This document shows positions 9,214-17,879 of a stretch of 64,000 bases of DNA, one piece after another. Positions within the stretch are counted from its first letter, which is position 1. The number at the start of each line of letters is the position of its first letter. Location of the stretch: the NCBI GenBank assembly GCA_051007895.1, contig JBPCYD010000336.1, positions 1,194-65,193 of the forward strand, written 5' to 3'. Position numbers and translations under genes: made by a program. This DNA comes from Woeseiaceae bacterium. GTDB taxonomy: Bacteria; Pseudomonadota; Gammaproteobacteria; Steroidobacterales; Woeseiaceae. The notes beneath the pieces were generated by a model, which worked only from the letters and a program-made list of their open reading frames with translations, searched no databases and had not been told where the DNA came from.

Positions 9214-10752
9214 ATGAAATCACCTGCCCGGGCTCGCCAGTTTTCACTATTTGCCATCGTTGGATTACTGCTGGTACTGGGTCTTGGGCAGTCCATTCAC
9301 AGACATTTTGTGTACGACGTTCCCTGGATTCCCGGCACCGAAAAATCGATCTGGTCAATCGAGGCCAGCGTCCAGTTCTTTGCTCGCGGTGATCCCGTCA
9401 CCGTTAACCTGCGTCGGCCGAAAGATCAGTCCGGCTTTGCGATTCTCGACGAGAACGGCGCATCGCCGGGATACGGCTTGAGCTTTGTCGATGCTGGCGG
9501 ACAGCCAACCGCACAGTGGACCGTGCGCCAGGCGGATGGGCAGCAGGTTCTCTATTATCGCGCCGAGGTCTTGCAGCGGGATGCCGGAGAATACGACGAC
9601 GAACCACCACCAGATATTCGTTCGCCGAGCTGGGAAGAACCGTATGCGACGGTGGTAGAGGCAGTACTCGACCAGGCAGTCAGCCTGTCCGCCGATCCGT
9701 TCTCCCTGACGCGTCAGCTGATCAGTCAGTTTCGTGCCAGCGATCGCGGGCAGAATGAGCAGCTCCTGCTGGACGTGGTTGGCGGTCAGAATCTGACAAA
9801 CCTGCTCGCCAACATGTTGCAAAGTCGCGGCATTCCGGCGGCCACGGTATACGGACTATTGCTTGAGGATGGGCGGCGGCGCCAGCGTCTCAGGCCGTTG
9901 CTGCGCGTCTGGTCGGAAGAACAGAACGAAGTTTTTCCGCTTGGCATTGAGACCGGCGAAGAGGACCTGCCCCTGTTACTGTGGCAACCCACACAGGGGT
10001 ATGTACTTGATGTAACCGGTGGAACAGGCTCCGAACTGCGCTTCTCGATGATCCGGTCGGAGCTAACCAACTACGGGCAATTGGCCGGCACGCTTGGCGA
10101 AGCTAACGACTGGCTCGGTTTCTCCATTCATTCGTTGCCAATCGAGGAGCAGGCTATGTTTAAAACCATCCTGCTCTTGCCCATCGGTGCACTGGTCGTG
10201 TGCCTGCTGCGAATTCTGGTCGGCTTGAAAACATCCGGCACCTTTATGCCGGTGCTGATCGCTCTCGCGTTTATCGAAACCAGCCTGACAACCGGCCTGG
10301 TTGGCTTCCTCCTCGTCGTCGCCGTCGGACTGATGATCAGGAGTTACATGTCACATCTGAATCTGTTGCTGGTCGCCAGGATATCCGCGGTGATCATCAC
10401 GGTGATTACCATCATTGCGTTATTCAGCGTATTCAGTTTCAGAGTCGGTCTCACCGAAGGACTAAAAATAACTTTCTTCCCGATGATCATTCTTTCCTGG
10501 ACAGTGGAACGTATGTCTATCCTGTGGGAAGAAGAAGGCTGGCGAGAGGTGGCCATCCAGGGTTTCGGAAGTCTTACCACGGCCGTTGCAGCGTACCTGG
10601 CAATGACCAGTCTGCTGGTGCGACATTTGACTTTTAATTTTATCGGACTTCAGTTCGTCGTTCTGGCACTGATCATGATGCTCGGCAGTTATACCGGGTA
10701 TCGGCTATTGGAACTGGTTCGTTTCAAGCCGCTGGCTGAGCAGAACGGGTAG
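9214..10752 (+). CDS. Inactive transglutaminase-like domain fused to a 7-TM module
   Basis: 512 aa: an N-terminal TM, a ~300-aa soluble domain, then about 7 TM helices. The only Cys in the whole protein lies in a TM helix (ALVVCLLRI), so no transglutaminase catalytic Cys is present. The position between the protease and the ATP-grasp gene matches the conserved triad. Confidence 0.7.
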   Translation: MKSPARARQFSLFAIVGLLLVLGLGQSIHRHFVYDVPWIPGTEKSIWSIEASVQFFARGDPVTVNLRRPKDQSGFAILDENGASPGYGLSFVDAGGQPTAQWTVRQADGQQVLYYRAEVLQRDAGEYDDEPPPDIRSPSWEEPYATVVEAVLDQAVSLSADPFSLTRQLISQFRASDRGQNEQLLLDVVGGQNLTNLLANMLQSRGIPAATVYGLLLEDGRRRQRLRPLLRVWSEEQNEVFPLGIETGEEDLPLLLWQPTQGYVLDVTGGTGSELRFSMIRSELTNYGQLAGTLGEANDWLGFSIHSLPIEEQAMFKTILLLPIGALVVCLLRILVGLKTSGTFMPVLIALAFIETSLTTGLVGFLLVVAVGLMIRSYMSHLNLLLVARISAVIITVITIIALFSVFSFRVGLTEGLKITFFPMIILSWTVERMSILWEEEGWREVAIQGFGSLTTAVAAYLAMTSLLVRHLTFNFIGLQFVVLALIMMLGSYTGYRLLELVRFKPLAEQNG

Positions 10753-10753
10753 C

Positions 10754-11701
10754 ATGATGTTTGTATCCCCCGGCCGATTACGCAAACTCGGTATTGTCGG
10801 AATGAACAATCGCAATATCAATCTGATCGGCGAATTGAATCCCCGACACCTTTATCCGCTGGTCGATAACAAGCTCAAGACCAAACTTCTTGCTGCGGAG
10901 AAAGGACTGGCGACGCCGGCGCTGATCGGCGCACTTCGCACGCAGCATGATGTCCAGGGTCTTGAGTCATTCCTGGAGCCTCACGATGGCTTTGCAATAA
11001 AGCCGGCGAAAGGAAGCGGTGGTAAAGGCATTTTGGTAATCGCTGCCCGCCGCGAAGAATTTTTCGTCAAGCCCAATGGACAGGAATTGCCTATCGATGA
11101 AATCCGTCGACATGCGTCAAATATCCTGTCCGGGCTCTTTAGCCTTGGCGGCACGCCGGATTTGGCAGTAGTTGAGGAACTGATAAAACCACATGCCGCC
11201 TATAAGAACCTCTCGGTCGAAGGCGTGCCTGATATCCGCGTAATCGTTTATCGCGGCTTCCCGATCATGGCCATGATGCGACTGTCGACCCGAGAATCGG
11301 ACGGCAAAGCGAATCTTCATCAGGGCGCTATCGGCGTCGGCCTGACAATTTCCAGCGGACGACCGGTCAATGCAACTCAATTCAACCGCCGTGTGGTGGA
11401 GCACCCGGACTCGGGTGCAGACTTGATGTCGATACAGATTTCGGACTGGCCGGATCTCCTCGAAATCGCTGCACGATCAGCCGACGTCACCGGTCTTGGC
11501 TATCTCGGTTCGGATATCGTCGTCGACCGTCGTTATGGCCCGCTACTCCTGGAGTTAAACGCCCGACCAGGACTGGCGATACAGTTAGCGAACAATTGCG
11601 GATTGTCGCCTCGGATTCGGGCCATCGACAACTTAACGCCCGCCTGTTTCCGCCAGGGCCCGAAAATGCGTGTCGATCGCGCGATAGAAATGTTCGATTA
11701 G
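10754..11701 (+). CDS. Alpha-L-glutamate ligase-like (RimK-related) ATP-grasp protein
   Basis: GIVGMNNRNINLI...YPLVDNKLKTK N-terminus and FAIKPAKGSGGKGILVI ATP-grasp P-loop-like segment, followed by LLELNARPGL. The start lies 1 nt after the upstream stop. Confidence 0.8.
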   Translation: MMFVSPGRLRKLGIVGMNNRNINLIGELNPRHLYPLVDNKLKTKLLAAEKGLATPALIGALRTQHDVQGLESFLEPHDGFAIKPAKGSGGKGILVIAARREEFFVKPNGQELPIDEIRRHASNILSGLFSLGGTPDLAVVEELIKPHAAYKNLSVEGVPDIRVIVYRGFPIMAMMRLSTRESDGKANLHQGAIGVGLTISSGRPVNATQFNRRVVEHPDSGADLMSIQISDWPDLLEIAARSADVTGLGYLGSDIVVDRRYGPLLLELNARPGLAIQLANNCGLSPRIRAIDNLTPACFRQGPKMRVDRAIEMFD

Positions 11702-11715
11702 CCTGACTACTGCAA

Positions 11716-13083
11716 ATGCTGCATCGATTGATAATCGTCGTCATCCGGATTGTAACCAACACTTTCTTTCGCCGGATCGATATTATCGGTACAGAAAACA
11801 TCCCGGCAGATGGCCCCGTTATATTTGCTGGAAATCACCCGAATGCGCTGATGGACGGCTGGCTGCTGACCGCTACCTGCGGTCGCTGGCCGCTACATTT
11901 CGTCGTCAATGCAAAGCTCTGGCAATACCGGGCCCTCGTACCACTCCTGAACGCCTCCGGTGCGGTGCCGGTCTTTCGTCGGGAAGAGCACGATGGCGAA
12001 GTGGATAACCGAAAGGCCTTCACGCAGCTCTATGACGTCATGGAGGCGGGAAACTGCATGGGTATTTTTCCGGAAGGAGTCAGCCACACCGAATCGAGAA
12101 TGGTCAAACTGAAGACGGGTGCCGCCCGGATCGCTCTAACTGTGACCGCCAGGGGCAAGTCGCGCGTCCGTATCGTTCCCTGTGGCCTGAACTACATGCA
12201 TCGCCATCGATTCAGGAGCCAGGTTCTGATCGAGTTTGGTCCGCCTATCGTTATTGACGAAAAGTGGGTCAAGCGTTTTCAATCGGACGAATTGACTGCC
12301 ATTAACAGCCTAACCGATGATCTTGCCTCCGCACTGGCAGGCGTCACTTTGAATGCACCTGACTGGCGCACGCTGCGCTTCATTCAAACGGCCAGGAGAC
12401 TCTATAAGCCATCGTCGGTGGTTCTCAGTCCAGCACAATACGTCGAACTGAATCGGCGGTTCCTGGACCAGTATGATCTGTCATTGAGCAATCAGGAATT
12501 GAGCGAGTTGCGGCATGAGCTTGAAGATTACCAGGCGCAACTGGACCTACTGGGACTAAAGGATTACCAGCTGCGCCAACCCGTAACGTTAGGCCATGCT
12601 TTTCGAAAAATCATCGGCCGCGCCATGTGGATGCTGGTGCTGTTGCCATTGGCGATTCCCGGGGCATTGCTGCATCTGCCAATCGGCTGGATTGCCGCAA
12701 CAGTAGGAGAGCGGTTCAGTTACGAGATGGATGATGTCGCGACGCTTAAAGTGTTCGCCACGATACTGCTACTGCCGCTTTTATATCTTGGGATCGCCAT
12801 CGGCGTTGGTATGACATTCGGTGTGTGGTGGGCGATCGCTGTTGTCATCGGGCTGGTGCTGAGTTTCACGGCGTCTGTCCGAATTATTGAAGCAGAAGCC
12901 GGGATCCTCGTTTCAATAATGTCGGTAGCGAGGCTCGCTCGCCTGGACGCGGAAGTTGCCAATCTGCGAGCGACCAGGGCGATGCTTGTCGAAAAAGTCA
13001 GGGCACTGGTCGATAAACATGTCGACCCGGATATGCCGCGAATGTTTACGGAAAAAGATTTCGGCCGGAAAACAGAAACCTGA
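11716..13083 (+). CDS. PlsC-type lysophospholipid/glycerol-phosphate acyltransferase with C-terminal TM extension
   Basis: HX4D motif NHPNALMD and FPEGVSH block. The C-terminal third contains 3-4 hydrophobic helices. Confidence 0.75.
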   Translation: MLHRLIIVVIRIVTNTFFRRIDIIGTENIPADGPVIFAGNHPNALMDGWLLTATCGRWPLHFVVNAKLWQYRALVPLLNASGAVPVFRREEHDGEVDNRKAFTQLYDVMEAGNCMGIFPEGVSHTESRMVKLKTGAARIALTVTARGKSRVRIVPCGLNYMHRHRFRSQVLIEFGPPIVIDEKWVKRFQSDELTAINSLTDDLASALAGVTLNAPDWRTLRFIQTARRLYKPSSVVLSPAQYVELNRRFLDQYDLSLSNQELSELRHELEDYQAQLDLLGLKDYQLRQPVTLGHAFRKIIGRAMWMLVLLPLAIPGALLHLPIGWIAATVGERFSYEMDDVATLKVFATILLLPLLYLGIAIGVGMTFGVWWAIAVVIGLVLSFTASVRIIEAEAGILVSIMSVARLARLDAEVANLRATRAMLVEKVRALVDKHVDPDMPRMFTEKDFGRKTET

Positions 13084-13232
13084 AAGGCTTAGCAGCCTGT
13101 CGAAAAAGGCTCAGGCGAGTCCGAGACAAGGTGCAATTCGGCGAAAAAGCGCTGTGACTATGCGAATACATGAGCATTTTGAGCCGGTTTGCAACGCCGA
13201 ATCGTGCCGGCTGAGACTTTTTCGAAAAGCGG

Positions 13233-14252
13233 CTAGCTTGCCTTGCGCATGACGTTGCGTCCTTCGCGTTTGGCCTGATACAACGCGTCATCGGCCCTGG
13301 ACAGCCAGCTTTGTGCTGATTCGCTACCGCGGATTTCTGCGACGCCCAGTGAGATTGTGACTGCACTATTGGGTACCAATTCGTTCACTTCGACTAGCGT
13401 GCGAAGTTGTTCAGCAAGATGGCAGGCATCTCCCAGGCTCTGTCCGTCGGCAACAACAACGAATTCCTCTCCACCGATTCGGAACAGGCTATCGTTCAGT
13501 CTCGTTCTCAGATTGACGATGCCGACGACTTCACACAGAATCTGATCGCCGACTGCATGTCCGTGTATATCGTTCACCTTCTTGAAGTGATCCAGATCGA
13601 GGACAATAAGCGACGTTGGCAGGCCATTGCGCTCATAAGCATTAATCACTTTTGCCAACTTAACCTGTAGTGCGCGCCGATTTCCGGCGCCGGTCAGCGG
13701 ATCCCTCGTCGCAAGATTCAGCAGCTTTTCCTGTTGCCTGTTATTGATGATGGTGAAGGCGAACGTGAACGCAGTTGTAAGCAAAATCGTGACCGCTACG
13801 GTGCCGGCCACAAACGTCTCCAGGTTCTGGAAAATTACAGGCGTGATAAGCACATTGAAGGTTACCGTGAGAGTGATCGCTTCGAACGGCTTCAGCAAAT
13901 AGAAACAGGCCAGTACCACAGGGAACGCCCAGTAAACCTGCTGCACACCGCCCACGTACATCGTCATTAGCGCGCCGGCAACGGCGATAATTGCGATCGC
14001 AATGCTTGCTCCGCGAACCCGTCGTGTCTTATAGATATAGACGCCAAGCCCTACCAGGCCGACAACGATGACGGTATCAATCGCAGCGACCACCCAGTCG
14101 CCGTCCAGCCATCGCACAACGACGAATGGCGCAACACCCAGGGCCCCTGCGGCACTCAATACTAGCGGCAGGTAACCGGTAAGAGTCTCTCTTGAGGCCG
14201 GCACCTGGGTTATTTCGTGCCACGATTCTATAGCGGATTTATGTCTCGCCAC
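13233..14252 (-). CDS. Membrane-bound diguanylate cyclase (GGDEF)
   Basis: About 5-6 N-terminal TM helices, then DPLTGAGNRR, GGEEF active site and an RLND (RxxD) I-site 5 residues upstream. GTG start with AAGGA upstream. Confidence 0.85.
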   Translation of the reverse strand: MARHKSAIESWHEITQVPASRETLTGYLPLVLSAAGALGVAPFVVVRWLDGDWVVAAIDTVIVVGLVGLGVYIYKTRRVRGASIAIAIIAVAGALMTMYVGGVQQVYWAFPVVLACFYLLKPFEAITLTVTFNVLITPVIFQNLETFVAGTVAVTILLTTAFTFAFTIINNRQQEKLLNLATRDPLTGAGNRRALQVKLAKVINAYERNGLPTSLIVLDLDHFKKVNDIHGHAVGDQILCEVVGIVNLRTRLNDSLFRIGGEEFVVVADGQSLGDACHLAEQLRTLVEVNELVPNSAVTISLGVAEIRGSESAQSWLSRADDALYQAKREGRNVMRKAS

Positions 14253-14401
14253 GCACTATTCCTTTAGAGATGCCACACGCTAATTGGGCGGAATTTGAAG
14301 GATAAGAATAGCATCAAACTGCATCAGGACAGCGAAGGTTTCGTTGCGTGGGCTTCAAATGACCGGGAATCGGGCCGCGTTACCGGAGCCAATTTTACAT
14401 A

Positions 14402-15724
14402 TTATTCCGTACCCCACTTTGTCTCGACTTTAATGCCGATTTTCTGGAGAAACCCGGTCGGGAGAATTCCGCCGGCAGAGATAATGACGGCATCATTGCG
14501 AATCCGGGCCTGCTTTTCGCCCAGCGCAATGACGACTGAGTCGTCTCGAATTTCTTTCACATTTGAATTGAGAACAACCTGTACGCGCTTCGCGCGACTC
14601 ATCGATTCTATTTTTTCCCTGTTCTTTTGCTTCGCCCGGCTAAACGCACCGGAGCGGTAAGACAATGTGACAGTCGTCCCCTCTTCTTCTGCGATACTGG
14701 TCGCCGCCTCGAGAGCGCTGTCGCCTCCACCAACGACCAGCACATGTTGATTGCGGTACTGCTCCGGATCAATCAGGCGATAGGTCACTTTAGGCAGATC
14801 CTCGCCGGGCACCCCGAGTTGCCGCGGTGAGCCACGCCGTCCAATCGAAAGAAGGACAGCACGGGTGTCGTATTCGGCCCTGTTCGTGGTTACCCGGTAA
14901 CCGATCCGGCCTTCTGCTGGCACGATTTCGTCCACGCGCTCATCATAGTTGATTGCGATTCCGGTCTTCTTTTCCACGCCCTGCCAGAAGTCGATGAGAT
15001 CTTCTTTCTGTACTTCCTTGAATTTGGTTTTGCCGATGATGGGCAGTTCTGCAGGCTGTGTCATGACGAGCTTGCGGCGCGGAAAGTGAGCGACGGTTCC
15101 GCCCAGCTCCTCCTGCTCCACGGTAACGACCTTCAGGTTGTCGACCTTGGCCGCCAGCGTTGCTGAAAAGCCTGCGGGGCCGGCACCAACGATCAGCAGG
15201 TCCAGCTCGTTGCTGTGTCCCTCTGCAAGCAGCTGGCTAATGGACGCCATCGCCTGACGACCTTGCTCAATGGCGTTGCGAATTAGCCCCATGCCGCCTA
15301 ATTCGCCCGCAATAAAAATACCGGGCATGTCCGTTTCGAAATTCGGTTTGACGACGGGAAGATCGATACCGCGGGTAGCCGTACCGAATACAAGTGTAAT
15401 CGCGTTTACGGGACAAACGGTCTTGCAGGCACCATGGCCGATACAGTCTGAGGGCCCAATCAAACGGGCCTTTTTGCCAATCATCCCGAGCACGGGATGC
15501 GCATCCTGCTCGGGACAGGCCACCACGCAGGATTTGCAGCCAATGCAAATGGTCGGGTCGATTTCCGGGTGCAGGGTCGGCGGCTCAAGCATACCGGCTT
15601 CCGTTGCCGCCTTTAACGCCTCCAGGCTTTCCCGTTCCAGGCGATTATGACGACGGATATACCAGGCCACGATGGCCAGGATGGGCAAAACGTACAGGTA
15701 GGTTAGGGAGTCCGGATTAAACAT
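14402..15724 (-). CDS. Membrane-anchored 2x[4Fe-4S] ferredoxin domain fused to an FAD/NAD(P) pyridine nucleotide-disulfide oxidoreductase-like domain
   Basis: N-terminal TM helix (YLYVLPILAIVAWYI), cluster motifs CIGCKSCVVACP and CIGHGACKTVCP, dinucleotide folds VGAGPAG and VGGGDSA. The start is uncertain: ATG at 15724 versus TTG at 15811. Confidence 0.7.
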   Translation of the reverse strand: MFNPDSLTYLYVLPILAIVAWYIRRHNRLERESLEALKAATEAGMLEPPTLHPEIDPTICIGCKSCVVACPEQDAHPVLGMIGKKARLIGPSDCIGHGACKTVCPVNAITLVFGTATRGIDLPVVKPNFETDMPGIFIAGELGGMGLIRNAIEQGRQAMASISQLLAEGHSNELDLLIVGAGPAGFSATLAAKVDNLKVVTVEQEELGGTVAHFPRRKLVMTQPAELPIIGKTKFKEVQKEDLIDFWQGVEKKTGIAINYDERVDEIVPAEGRIGYRVTTNRAEYDTRAVLLSIGRRGSPRQLGVPGEDLPKVTYRLIDPEQYRNQHVLVVGGGDSALEAATSIAEEEGTTVTLSYRSGAFSRAKQKNREKIESMSRAKRVQVVLNSNVKEIRDDSVVIALGEKQARIRNDAVIISAGGILPTGFLQKIGIKVETKWGTE

Positions 15725-16089
15725 TTGTTTGCAGTAACGAGTCTTGAGGAAAGCATATCGCGGCCAAGAACAAAGCTCATGAAGCAGTTCACGCAACGGA
15801 AATTCTGACAACCCGCTACAGCGAGTCGACGTCTCGAACGCTCGCTAGCGGTGATTTTTTCTGCCTGTTTTTCGTTTCTCCGTGCGAATGATTCTCATTG
15901 CACCAAAAACTGTCGCCAGTGTGCGACACACATCTGATTTTATTAAGAATATCTGTGACACAGGGGAACCAAGACGAATGACAGAACGTGTATTTATACA
16001 AGGTACACGGACACGGCACCGGATGAGAGTTTCGTTGCCGTACCGCGTCAAGAAAAATCGTTGGTTTGTTTCAGATAAGGCTTGTGCAA

Positions 16090-16956
16090 ATGTCGATCAT
16101 GTTTTGGGGAATTGCGATTACGATGTTAGTTGTCGCGATAGGGGTGCTTGCAATACCCATGCGGGCGGGCAATGCCCGCCAGCCGATTATTGTCGTTATG
16201 CTGCTGGTGCCTGCGATTGCCGTTGGGCTTTATTCGAACATCGGCTCGCCGCAGGCCGCCTCGTTGGGCAGCGATGACAGGCAGGCCCAACCTGCAACGA
16301 GTGGCTCTGCCACAAACCGCGCAGCACAATCTCGTTCAGGACAATCTGTCGGCTCTGTCGCGAGCATGTTAGCGGGACTCGAAGGACGATTGGAACGCGA
16401 ACCGAACGATGCCGGAAGCTGGTTACTACTGGCAAAGTCATACCAGCATCTCAACCGGCTCGAAGATGCCGTCGCAGCCTACGAACGAGCGAGCGAGCTC
16501 GGAAAAAGTGACGTTGCCCTGGAAAAGTTGCTCGTCGAAGCCGGACAGGTAATCCAGCCTCCTGCAGATGATAGCCGCCCCGCGTTGCGTGGCCGGGTAT
16601 CGCTGTCGGCCGATGCCGATGAACTGGTCAGTCCTGATGACACCGTATTCATATTCGCAAAAGAATCTCGCGAACACCGGATGCCGGTCGTTGCTTTGCG
16701 CAGGCCCGCATCGGAATTGCCGCTTGATTTTATCCTGACCGACGACGACGCCATGGTCGCCGGCACGCGACTGGAGGATTACGAACAGCTCGTGATCACG
16801 GCGAAAATTTCACGATCTGGTATGGCGACAGACGCGGTCGATGGACTTGAATCATGGAGTGAAGCTGTTTCTCCGCGCGATCAACAGAAGATTGAACTCG
16901 TGATCACCGGAGGCGCCGCCGACGGTGCGCCAAATTCGGCAGACAACGATGAATGA
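16090..16956 (+). CDS. ccmI: CcmI/CycH-like c-type cytochrome biogenesis (apocytochrome chaperone) protein
   Basis: MSIMFWGIAITMLVVA... two N-terminal TM helices, a TPR segment (GSWLLLAKSYQHLNRLEDAVAAYERASELG) and a C-terminal block DTVFIFAKESREHRMPVVALRRPASELPLDFILTDDDAM...VITAKISRSG typical of CcmI. AAGG lies 9 nt upstream of the ATG at 16090. Confidence 0.7.
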   Translation: MSIMFWGIAITMLVVAIGVLAIPMRAGNARQPIIVVMLLVPAIAVGLYSNIGSPQAASLGSDDRQAQPATSGSATNRAAQSRSGQSVGSVASMLAGLEGRLEREPNDAGSWLLLAKSYQHLNRLEDAVAAYERASELGKSDVALEKLLVEAGQVIQPPADDSRPALRGRVSLSADADELVSPDDTVFIFAKESREHRMPVVALRRPASELPLDFILTDDDAMVAGTRLEDYEQLVITAKISRSGMATDAVDGLESWSEAVSPRDQQKIELVITGGAADGAPNSADNDE

Positions 16957-17857
16957 GGCGACTGCAGAGCGCGAATTTCCGCCCAACCCGCTGACGGGCC
17001 GGATCTTCGGCACGCGGGACAGCCGCCAGGGCAGCGCATTCTATGGCTACTCACTGACGACACTTGCAATCGGCATTGGCTGGTTGTTGCGCGACTATGG
17101 CCTGATCAATCCGGAGGAAGGTCTCGGGTACTGGCTCGGCATCATCGGCGGATCGATGATGCTGGTGCTACTCCTCTATCCCCTTCGGAAAAGGATAAAA
17201 GCGCTGCGTTTTCTTGGCGGCACGACGCGATGGTTCAGTGCGCACATGATACTCGGCATTGTGGGCCCCGTGCTCGTCCTGTATCACAGCAATTTCCAGC
17301 TTGGCTCGTTCAATAGCAGGGTTGCGCTGTACTGCATGTTGCTCGTTGCTGGCAGCGGGGTTGTAGGACGACACATCTATGCACACATTCATCGGGGTCT
17401 CTACGGGCAAAAAATCTCGCTGTCTGAACTGCGCAATGATCTAAATGACTCCCTGGAAAACAACCAAGGCCTCGCGACACTCCTGCCGGAGCTGACGGCG
17501 CGACTGAGCGTGCTGACGGCCGAGGTCCAGGGCGACAGCATCACAGGAGCGATGAGCACTCGCGCAAGCGTCATGTGGACCCTGAAGCAGTATTTCGTGT
17601 GGATATCGCTGCAATACACGGTTCATCGGGAGCTGAACGACCAGGCGGCAAGCTCTCCCGCTATCGCGAATGACCTGCCGCGACTCAAACGCACGAGCTT
17701 TGCCTATATACGAAATTTTGTTCGACTTACTGGGCGAGTAGCCCAGTTCACGCTGTACGAGAGACTTTTTGCGCTGTGGCACATCCTGCACATGCCGTTC
17801 TTTTTCATGATGGTCATTTCAGCCCTGATACACGTCCTGGCTGTGCATATGTACTGA
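16949..17857 (+). CDS. His-rich 5-TM inner-membrane protein (possible b-heme/quinone-linked module), family not recognised
   Basis: Four N-terminal TM helices, a ~110-aa soluble insert and one C-terminal TM. His residues sit within or at helix ends (SAHMILGIVGPVLVLYH, GRHIYAHIH, LWHILHMPFFFMMVISALIHVLAVH). The ATG at 16949 overlaps the ccmI stop by 8 nt. Confidence 0.6.
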   Translation: MNEATAEREFPPNPLTGRIFGTRDSRQGSAFYGYSLTTLAIGIGWLLRDYGLINPEEGLGYWLGIIGGSMMLVLLLYPLRKRIKALRFLGGTTRWFSAHMILGIVGPVLVLYHSNFQLGSFNSRVALYCMLLVAGSGVVGRHIYAHIHRGLYGQKISLSELRNDLNDSLENNQGLATLLPELTARLSVLTAEVQGDSITGAMSTRASVMWTLKQYFVWISLQYTVHRELNDQAASSPAIANDLPRLKRTSFAYIRNFVRLTGRVAQFTLYERLFALWHILHMPFFFMMVISALIHVLAVHMY

Positions 17858-17879
17858 ATCACCGTAAGCATTAACCAAC

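Noticed and set aside
13086-13191. Short hairpins (AGGCT-tagc-AGCCT; AGCCGG-N19-CCGGCT followed by GAGACTTTTT) between the convergent acyltransferase and GGDEF genes
   Set aside because: The stems are only 5-6 bp, with a long loop in the second case. They are plausible but too weak to annotate as terminators.
15811-16089. Possible sigma-54 promoter (CGGCAC...TTGCC near 16014-16040) upstream of the cytochrome operon
   Set aside because: The spacing between the GGCAC and TTGC elements is about 15 nt rather than 5, so it does not fit the -24/-12 geometry.
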